33,460 nucleotides of DNA, taken from assembly GCA_016934125.1 (NCBI GenBank), contig JAFGTL010000389.1:1-33460 (forward strand). Reading direction: 5' to 3'. The stretch is from Candidatus Hydrogenedentota bacterium. GTDB lineage: Bacteria; Hydrogenedentota; Hydrogenedentia; Hydrogenedentales; SLHB01. Positions 27,657-33,460 of the stretch are shown piece by piece. The position numbers were made by a program, and so were the translations under genes. How positions within the stretch are numbered: the stretch's first letter is position 1; each line of letters opens with the position of its first letter. Below the pieces are notes generated by a model. That model made no database searches and was not told where the DNA came from. It saw only the letters and a program-made list of their open reading frames with translations.

Positions 27657-30431
27657 ATGCGACGAATCGCTGTTGTGGCCCTGTTCCTTGCGGCCCTTGC
27701 CTCGCTGCCGGCGGCGGCAGCCCGGCGCCCGTTCGAGTTCGAAAGCGCGACACTCGACAACGGACTCCAAGTCGTCACGCTCGAGGACTTCTCGTGCCCC
27801 ATCGCCGCCGTCCAGCTCTGGTATCACGTGGGCTCGAAGAATGAGTCGCCCGCCCGCCAGGGCTTCGCCCACATGTTCGAACACATGATGTTCCGCGGGA
27901 CGGATCTGCTCGGCCCCGAAGAACACTTCGCCCTGATCCGGCGGACGGGCGGCCACTGCAACGCCTTCACCTCCTTCGATTACACGGCCTACGTCGATCT
28001 CGTGCCGGCCAACCAGGTTGAGCTGGCCTTCTGGCTCGAGGCCGAGCGGATGATGTTCCTCGCCGTGGATCAGGACGGCTTCGAAACGGAGCGGCGCGTC
28101 GTCGAAGAAGAGCGGCGCATGGATCTCAACGAGCCGTACGGCACGGTGTTCGAGCAGGTGATGCCGGTGGTATTCCGCGAGCATCCGTACCGCTGGCTGC
28201 CCATCGGGAAGATCGCCCATCTCGAACGGGCCGGACTCGACGAACTCAAGGCCTTCTGGAACACCTTCTACGTGCCCGGCAATGCTGTGCTCGTCGTGGC
28301 CGGCGCGGTTCGCCATGAAGATGCCCGCGCCTTGGCCGAACGCTATTTCGGCTGGATGCCGGCGCTCGCCGCCCCGCCGCCCGTCACGATCCGCGAACCG
28401 GCGCAAACCGAGCCCCGCGCCGTCACCATCCGCGAGCCCATCGGCCCGGCGCCCCTCGTGCGGCTCGTATACCGGGGCGTTCCGCGCGCCCACCCCGACT
28501 TTTCCGCGTTGCAGGTGCTGGTTGACGTGCTCGGCGCGGGCCAGAGCAGCCGCCTCTATCAGGATCTCGTGCGCGACAAGAAGGTGTCTCAGGACGCCTT
28601 CGGCTACTTGTACGGCCTCGAACAGGATGGCCTGGCCACGTTCGGCGCGGAACTGCTGCCCGATGGCGATGTCGAGGGGACGCTCCAACTGCTCGATCAG
28701 CATGTGGCGCGTATGCTGGCCGCGCCCGCGCCCGCGCGCGAGATCGAGAAGGCCAAGAACCAGCTCCGCAGAGAGATCGTGACGGACGCCCTCACCGTCG
28801 AGGCCAAAGCCCGGCTGCTCGGGCGTGCGTGGATTCAGTACGGTGACGCCGCCCGCGTCAACGACTGGCTCGGCGAGATCGACGCCGTCACGCCCGCCGA
28901 TGTAGAGCGCGTGGCCCGCGCCTACCTGGCCCCCGAGCGCGCCACCACCGTCCGCGTGACGCCCGACAAGGAATACACCTACGTGCCGGACGCCGGCGCC
29001 GATGAGGCCTACGCGGCCCCGGCCGGCGCCGACGCCAAGGCCGGCGTGGCCCGGCCCGCCTCGTTCCCTTCTGCCCCGCCGACGAACGCCCTCCTTGATG
29101 CCATGCCCGAGACGTCGAGTGTGGAGCGTGTCCTGCCCAACGGACTGAAGGTGGTCGTCATCCCGAACCACGAGGCACCGTTCGTCACCGTGATGCTCGG
29201 CCTGAAGCACGGCGCCTGGACGGCGCCCGCGGATATGCCGGGCGTCGCGTCCATGGCGCTCGAAATGCTCACGAAAGGCACACAATCCTATGGCGCCGCG
29301 GAACTGGCCGAGCTGCTCGAGTTCAACGCCATCACGCTGGCCGGCGCGGCCGCGGCAGACGGCCGGCCCAGCATGGACGTGGGCGAAGTCGTGGCCACGG
29401 CCCTCGCCGACAAGCTGCCCCTCGCCGTCGAGTTGCTCGCCGAGGTGGTGATGCGCCCGGCGTTCCCGGCCGGGGAACTCGATATCCTCAAAGAACAGCG
29501 GCGCCTCGCCCTGTCCGTCAAGGAGAAGGATCCCGCCTATCTCGCCGATCGCCAGTTCCAGCGCGTGCTCTACGGCGATCATCCGTACGCGCGCACGCCC
29601 GAGGGCGATCTCGCCCAGATTGACGCGGTGGCCCGCGAAGCCGTGGCCGAGTGGTGGCGGCTCCACGCCCGTCCCGACACGGCCGTGCTCTACCTGGCCG
29701 GCGACGTCAAACCCCGGCGGGCCTTCCGCCTGGCCGCCGCCCACCTCGGGGCATGGCAGCCGGACGGGCCCCGGCCCGAGCCCGAACTGCCCCCCGTGCC
29801 GCCCCGTGCCGGCACGCACATCTACATCGTGGATCGCCCCGGCGCCGTTCAGAGTCAGATCCGGATCGGGCAGACAAGCATTACGCGCAGTCATCCCGAC
29901 TACCACGTCTCGCGCGTGTACTCCCACGTCCTCGGCAGCGGCTTCAACAGCCGGCTGAACCGCACCGTTCGCGTCGAGAAGGGCCTCACCTACGCGGCGT
30001 GGGGGTTCATCCGCCCGCAGCAGCATTCGGGCGAGCTGCTCTGCTCCACCTTCACGAAAACCGAGACCACCGCCGAGGCCGTGCAGGCCGTCCTCGACGT
30101 CATTCGCGGCATGGCCGAAGAACCGCCGAACGGCGACGAACTCGACGCCGCCAAGTCGTATCTCGTCGGAAGCTTCCCCGGCCAACTCGAGACCCCCGCC
30201 GATGCCATGGCCTACGCGTGGCTCATCGATTACAACGGCCTCCCCGACGACTACCTGCTCCGGGCCGCCGAGGCCTATCGGGCCGCCACCCAGGACGATA
30301 TCCAGCGCGTGGCACGCGATGCAGTCGATCCGGGCCGGCTCGCCATCATCGTCGTGGGCGACGCGGCCGTCATACGGGCCGGCCTCGAGGGGATCGCGTT
30401 CGTAACTGTGCTCGATAACCCGGATAACTAG
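27657..30431 (+). CDS. Secreted tandem M16-family (pitrilysin-like) zinc peptidase, active N-half plus inactive C-half
   Basis: 924 aa with the signal peptide MRRIAVVALFLAALASLPAAAA. The inverted zinc motif HxxEH is in GFAHMFEHMMFRGT. A second M16-like unit starts near VERVLPNGLKVVVIPNH, but its equivalent site reads GVASMALEMLTKGT, with no His pair. Confidence 0.9.
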   Translation: MRRIAVVALFLAALASLPAAAARRPFEFESATLDNGLQVVTLEDFSCPIAAVQLWYHVGSKNESPARQGFAHMFEHMMFRGTDLLGPEEHFALIRRTGGHCNAFTSFDYTAYVDLVPANQVELAFWLEAERMMFLAVDQDGFETERRVVEEERRMDLNEPYGTVFEQVMPVVFREHPYRWLPIGKIAHLERAGLDELKAFWNTFYVPGNAVLVVAGAVRHEDARALAERYFGWMPALAAPPPVTIREPAQTEPRAVTIREPIGPAPLVRLVYRGVPRAHPDFSALQVLVDVLGAGQSSRLYQDLVRDKKVSQDAFGYLYGLEQDGLATFGAELLPDGDVEGTLQLLDQHVARMLAAPAPAREIEKAKNQLRREIVTDALTVEAKARLLGRAWIQYGDAARVNDWLGEIDAVTPADVERVARAYLAPERATTVRVTPDKEYTYVPDAGADEAYAAPAGADAKAGVARPASFPSAPPTNALLDAMPETSSVERVLPNGLKVVVIPNHEAPFVTVMLGLKHGAWTAPADMPGVASMALEMLTKGTQSYGAAELAELLEFNAITLAGAAAADGRPSMDVGEVVATALADKLPLAVELLAEVVMRPAFPAGELDILKEQRRLALSVKEKDPAYLADRQFQRVLYGDHPYARTPEGDLAQIDAVAREAVAEWWRLHARPDTAVLYLAGDVKPRRAFRLAAAHLGAWQPDGPRPEPELPPVPPRAGTHIYIVDRPGAVQSQIRIGQTSITRSHPDYHVSRVYSHVLGSGFNSRLNRTVRVEKGLTYAAWGFIRPQQHSGELLCSTFTKTETTAEAVQAVLDVIRGMAEEPPNGDELDAAKSYLVGSFPGQLETPADAMAYAWLIDYNGLPDDYLLRAAEAYRAATQDDIQRVARDAVDPGRLAIIVVGDAAVIRAGLEGIAFVTVLDNPDN

Positions 30432-30450
30432 CGAGATGTGAAGGCGCGAC

Positions 30451-30479
30451 TTGCGATCGGCGGAGCCCGGCGCTAGACT
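30451..30479 (+). promoter_or_regulatory. Sigma70-like promoter candidate for the DUF1858 gene
   Basis: TTGCGA (30451-30456), 17-nt spacer, TAGACT (30474-30479). A CCGCCG...CGGCGG hairpin follows in the leader. Confidence 0.3.
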
Positions 30480-30542
30480 ATCCGCCGTCAGACTGGAATT
30501 TCGGCGGCTGCGGCCGTGTTGAGGTTTTCAAGGAGACGTGAA

Positions 30543-30818
30543 ATGTCGAATGCAGGAGAAGGCAACGGCGGCGGCGAGAACAAGCAGGCCACCTTCAGTG
30601 TCGATATGAGCATCCACGAGGCGATGGCCGTGCACCCCCGCGTGCGCGAGGTGTTCGCCGCGTTTCATCTGGGCGGCTGCGCCCACTGTTCCGTGGGTGC
30701 GTTCGAGACCATCGGACAAGTCTGCGAGGGATACGGCATCGACTCGAACCTGCTCCTCCAGGTGCTCGAGGATCTCGTGGCGGATAAGCCGGCCCAAGAC
30801 GCCGGCGCCACGTCCTGA
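30543..30818 (+). CDS. DUF1858-type small redox (CxxC) protein, hybrid-cluster-protein-associated disulfide-protein-like
   Basis: The ATG at 30543 is preceded by AAGGAG. 91 aa. MSIHEAMAVHPRVREVFAAFHLGGCAHCSVGAFETIGQVCEGYGID matches the DUF1858 pattern with its C-x2-C. Confidence 0.7.
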   Translation: MSNAGEGNGGGENKQATFSVDMSIHEAMAVHPRVREVFAAFHLGGCAHCSVGAFETIGQVCEGYGIDSNLLLQVLEDLVADKPAQDAGATS

Positions 30819-30865
30819 TCGTCCTCCCGACTCCTCCGGCGGCCAGCCCCAGGGCCGCGGCTTGA

Positions 30866-32485
30866 CTACTCGGCCACTGGTTCGGGCGGCTCCGTGCGCC
30901 GCAGGGCGGCCACGGCCTCTCTGATCAGCACCCCCGCCAGCACCAGGAGCACGACGCCCACCACGACGAGCAGGTAGTTGCCGCTCGCCAGGTTCGTCTT
31001 GATCAGCAGCAGCAGCCCCACGAACGTCGTCACCATCATGAAGCCCGCCGGCACCATCAAGAACAGCGTGCCTTTCTTGAGCCCCTTGGCCACCCAGACG
31101 CCCACGCCCATGAGCGCCAGCGCTGCCACGAGCTGGTTCGACGCGCCGAAGATCGGCCAGATCAACTGCCACGCGGCTTTCTCGCCGCTTCGGATGTAGA
31201 GCAGGGCGAGCGCCACCGCTACCCCGATGATCGTCGCCGTGTAGCGATCGGCCTTCATGTTCGTCAGTTCCTGGAGCTGATACCGCCCCAACCGCGTCGC
31301 CGTGTCCAGCGTCGTCAACAGGAACGAGTTAATGGCCAGCGCGCCGAGGGCCACGCCGACCTCCGGCCGGATTCCCACCAGCGAGGCGAACTTGCCGAAT
31401 CCCTCGCTGAACGTCGCCACCGGCTGCGTGGCCACCGCGTCGCCCGCCATCATCACCGTGCCGATGGCCATGACGGCGAGCACCCCCTCCAACAACATGG
31501 AGCCGTATCCGATCAGCTTGGCGTCCGTCTCCTTGCGGATCTGCTTCGAGGTGGTGCCGCTGGCCACAAGGGAATGGAAGCCCGAAATGGCGCCGCACGC
31601 CACGAGGATGAAGAGCGACGGCCACAGATACTCCGCGTCCGCCGGGTTGAATCCCTTGAAGGCCGGCAGCGTGATCTCGAACCGGCCCGCGCCGAACACC
31701 ATGCCGATGAAACCGATGATGAGGGCGAAGTAGAGCATGTAGGACGCCAGGTAATCGCGCGGCTGCAGCAAGAGCCACACGGGCAGCACCGACGCGACGA
31801 AAATGTAGCCCGCCAGGACGAACCGCCACGTGTCCACGGAATGGGCGAACACGGTTTGAACCCATGCGGCGCTCAGGCCGTACCACACCGCGCCCAGCAC
31901 GATGGGAACCATGATGATCGTCATCACCCACAGGGGCACGTGGCACTTGTAGAGCAACACGCCGAACACGAGGGCCAGAACGATGTAGAGCGTCGCCGAG
32001 AAGGCCACGGCCGGGCTGCCGGCCATGGTCTTGGCCGACAGCTCCAGAAACACCGCCAATACCAGCACCAATGCGAGCCACGTGAAGCATAGGAACAGCT
32101 TCTTGGCACGCCCCCCCATCCAACGGTTCACGACTTCCCCGACCGACTTGCCGCCGTGCCGGATGGACGACGCCACCGCGCCCATGTCATGCACGCCGCC
32201 GAGGAAGGCGGCCCCGATCAGGCACCAGATGAACGCCGGGAGCCACCCGAAGAGGGCGGCCGCCGCGATGGGCCCGACAATGGGGCCGGCGCCGGCAATG
32301 GACGCGAAATGGTGGCCCGTCAAGACCGCCGGATGGGCCGGACAATAGTCGACGCCGTCGTTGATTTCTTCGGCGGGCGTCTTCTTGTCTTTGTCCAGTT
32401 CGTATACGGCCGCCATGAACCGGCCGTAGAATCGATACACCACCAGGAAGAACACGATGGCAATCAAGAGCATTGCGGCCAACAT
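30866..32485 (-). CDS. cstA: Carbon starvation protein A family transporter (short CstA type; peptide/pyruvate uptake family)
   Basis: The start at MLAAMLLIAIVFFLVVYRFYGRF is preceded by AGGAGG. HHFASIAGAGPIVGPIAAAALFGWLPAFIWCLIGAAFLGGVHD is the CstA signature. 539 aa, polytopic. The upstream 50 codons of the ORF are Arg-rich and non-homologous. Confidence 0.93.
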   Translation of the reverse strand: MLAAMLLIAIVFFLVVYRFYGRFMAAVYELDKDKKTPAEEINDGVDYCPAHPAVLTGHHFASIAGAGPIVGPIAAAALFGWLPAFIWCLIGAAFLGGVHDMGAVASSIRHGGKSVGEVVNRWMGGRAKKLFLCFTWLALVLVLAVFLELSAKTMAGSPAVAFSATLYIVLALVFGVLLYKCHVPLWVMTIIMVPIVLGAVWYGLSAAWVQTVFAHSVDTWRFVLAGYIFVASVLPVWLLLQPRDYLASYMLYFALIIGFIGMVFGAGRFEITLPAFKGFNPADAEYLWPSLFILVACGAISGFHSLVASGTTSKQIRKETDAKLIGYGSMLLEGVLAVMAIGTVMMAGDAVATQPVATFSEGFGKFASLVGIRPEVGVALGALAINSFLLTTLDTATRLGRYQLQELTNMKADRYTATIIGVAVALALLYIRSGEKAAWQLIWPIFGASNQLVAALALMGVGVWVAKGLKKGTLFLMVPAGFMMVTTFVGLLLLIKTNLASGNYLLVVVGVVLLVLAGVLIREAVAALRRTEPPEPVAE

Positions 32486-32638
32486 CCGGATCGCTCCTCC
32501 TATCCGGCAAGGCCATCGCCACGCGACGCGGCTTGTCTTCGCGGATGCTCCTCGCCGTTGTTCAAGGCCCGGCCGCCGCCACGCACCGGGCTCTCGCCCG
32601 ACGCGCTCCCCCTGCGATCGCGAACGCGACGGCAACGC

Positions 32639-32676
32639 GAGACGGCCGTCTCCCGCTTGGTTCGAGACGGATTATA
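32639..32676 (-). promoter_or_regulatory. Candidate cstA promoter -10 box abutting a triple GAGACGG/CCGTCTC repeat (operator or alternative leader hairpins)
   Basis: The minus strand has a perfect TATAAT (32676-32671), immediately followed by CCGTCTC (32670-32664), 11 nt, and then the perfect 14-bp palindrome GAGACGGCCGTCTC (32652-32639). The -35 (TTTCCT at a 17-nt spacing) is weak. The implied 5' leader is about 180 nt. Confidence 0.35.
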
Positions 32677-32925
32677 CGCCCCTTCGCGACACGAGGAAAG
32701 GCCTTCATGCTACACCCAACTCGTCTCGTGACTTGGGATGCGGCGCGTGAGGCGAGCTCGGCCTCGCGATTTGTGTTTGCGCAACGCTCTCCCATTGGGT
32801 GGTTGTGTGGCCGAGCGGAAGTTGCGCACCGTCAGCGACTTCGGACGCGCCGCCCTTCGCTACCAGACGTTCTGGGGCTACAGGTGTCGGGGGGCGTCCA
32901 GATCACGGCGGGGCCAAGGCCCTTG

Positions 32926-33285
32926 TCAGGCGCCGATGGCCGTCCGAACCTCGCGCTCGAGGTCGTTGAGGCTGGTGGGTTTCGCGAGGACGCACGACAC
33001 GTCGAGATCCGCGGCCTCCTGGTGGGCCTCGGCATGGGCGGTGAGCACGATCACGGGCAGGTTCGGCCACAGCCGTCTGATGTGCTGAACGGCCTCGGCG
33101 CCCCGCATGCGGGGCATCTCAAGATCCATCGTGACGGCGTCGTACTCGTTGGCTTGGCATTTCTCTACCGCAACCAGGCCGTCTTCGGCGAGGTCGACAT
33201 CGAATCCGGAACTCTCGAACCAACGCGACAAGGCGATCCGGATGCTCTCTTCGTCGTCCACGACCAACAGACGCAATTTCTTCAT
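32926..33285 (-). CDS. Single-domain CheY-like response regulator receiver
   Basis: The start is at MKKLRLLVVDDEESIR. The acidic pocket DD, phospho-acceptor Asp in AVTMDLEMP, Thr in VIVLTAH and Lys in LAKP are all present. 119 aa with no output domain. The longer ORF running to 33459 adds non-homologous residues. Confidence 0.85.
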   Translation of the reverse strand: MKKLRLLVVDDEESIRIALSRWFESSGFDVDLAEDGLVAVEKCQANEYDAVTMDLEMPRMRGAEAVQHIRRLWPNLPVIVLTAHAEAHQEAADLDVSCVLAKPTSLNDLEREVRTAIGA

Positions 33286-33460
33286 ACGCACTCCGACATC
33301 GACCCCCGGACTCGGCATCTCAACCGACCACAACCTAATCATACCATAAGCTCCGGCTCCGTGGGGGCTGCCCGAGACGCGCACCGCGCCACCGGACACA
33401 ACCCTCGTCTGTTTCTGAACGACGGCTGGGCGACCCAACAGGCGCGCTGGAGCGCGCACG

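Noticed and set aside
27630-30185. 851-aa ORF on the minus strand
   Set aside because: It is antisense to the M16 peptidase, which has a signal peptide, the HxxEH motif and a strong RBS. The antisense product is Gly/Arg/Ala/Asp-rich and featureless.
32807-32818. GTGGCCGAGCGG string resembling the D-arm of class II tRNAs (Ser/Leu/Tyr)
   Set aside because: I tried to fold the flanks as a cloverleaf. There is no complementary acceptor stem, the D-stem 3' half does not pair, no GTTCRA-type T-loop follows, and the anticodon-stem candidates do not pair. It is a chance match within the cstA upstream region.
32562-33088. Small ORFs (77 aa minus strand, 116 aa plus strand, 67 aa minus strand) in and around the cstA upstream region
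   Set aside because: They have no RBS, are Arg/Ala-rich, and overlap each other and the receiver gene. The region is better explained as regulatory or leader sequence.

Overview
GC-rich bacterial chromosomal window. In the frames I call as real, third codon positions are mostly G/C by eye, and long 'shadow' ORFs litter the opposite strands. I recognised no rRNA, tRNA, CRISPR array, transposase, integrase or phage gene.

(1) Bases 1-11985 are the distal S10/spc/alpha ribosomal super-operon on the + strand: rplB (3' end)-rpsS-rplV-rpsC-rplP-rpmC-rpsQ-rplN-rplX-rplE-rpsN(Zn type)-rpsH-rplF-rplR-rpsE-rplO-secY-adk-map-rpmJ-rpsM-rpsK-rpoA-rplQ. It ends in a clear intrinsic terminator. rpmD (L30), infA and rpsD are missing from their usual slots.

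(2) Bases 12.0-16.5 kb are an accessory-looking block:
- a secreted DUF1080 protein (+);
- a minus-strand string of Phd/YefM antitoxin, ParE/RelE toxin, class I SAM methyltransferase and Gfo/Idh/MocA oxidoreductase;
- a divergent amidohydrolase.

(3) Bases 16.7-22 kb hold uvrA, a stand-alone XRE-HTH::class III cyclase-homology fusion protein, and ahcY.

(4) Bases 22-27.6 kb hold a URO-D/MtaA-like putative Zn methyltransferase, a two-gene minimal SUF scaffold (sufC plus a short sufB-like gene), a group II cysteine desulfurase (sufS) and nadA. Each unit has its own sigma70-like promoter candidate.

(5) Bases 27.6-33.5 kb hold a secreted 924-aa tandem M16 peptidase, a small DUF1858 CxxC protein, a minus-strand cstA-family transporter behind a 440-nt structured upstream region, and a single-domain CheY-like receiver.

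I did not find a convincing multi-gene novel system. The most unusual items are the HTH-cyclase-homology fusion with altered catalytic residues, the SMS-like minimal SUF locus with a CxxCPH tail on SufC, the MtaA-like gene without corrinoid partners, and the palindrome-rich cstA control region. All domain calls come from reading the translated ORFs, not from searches. Gene content is reminiscent of Planctomycetota/PVC-like or related uncultured phyla, but I cannot assign the taxon from this window.
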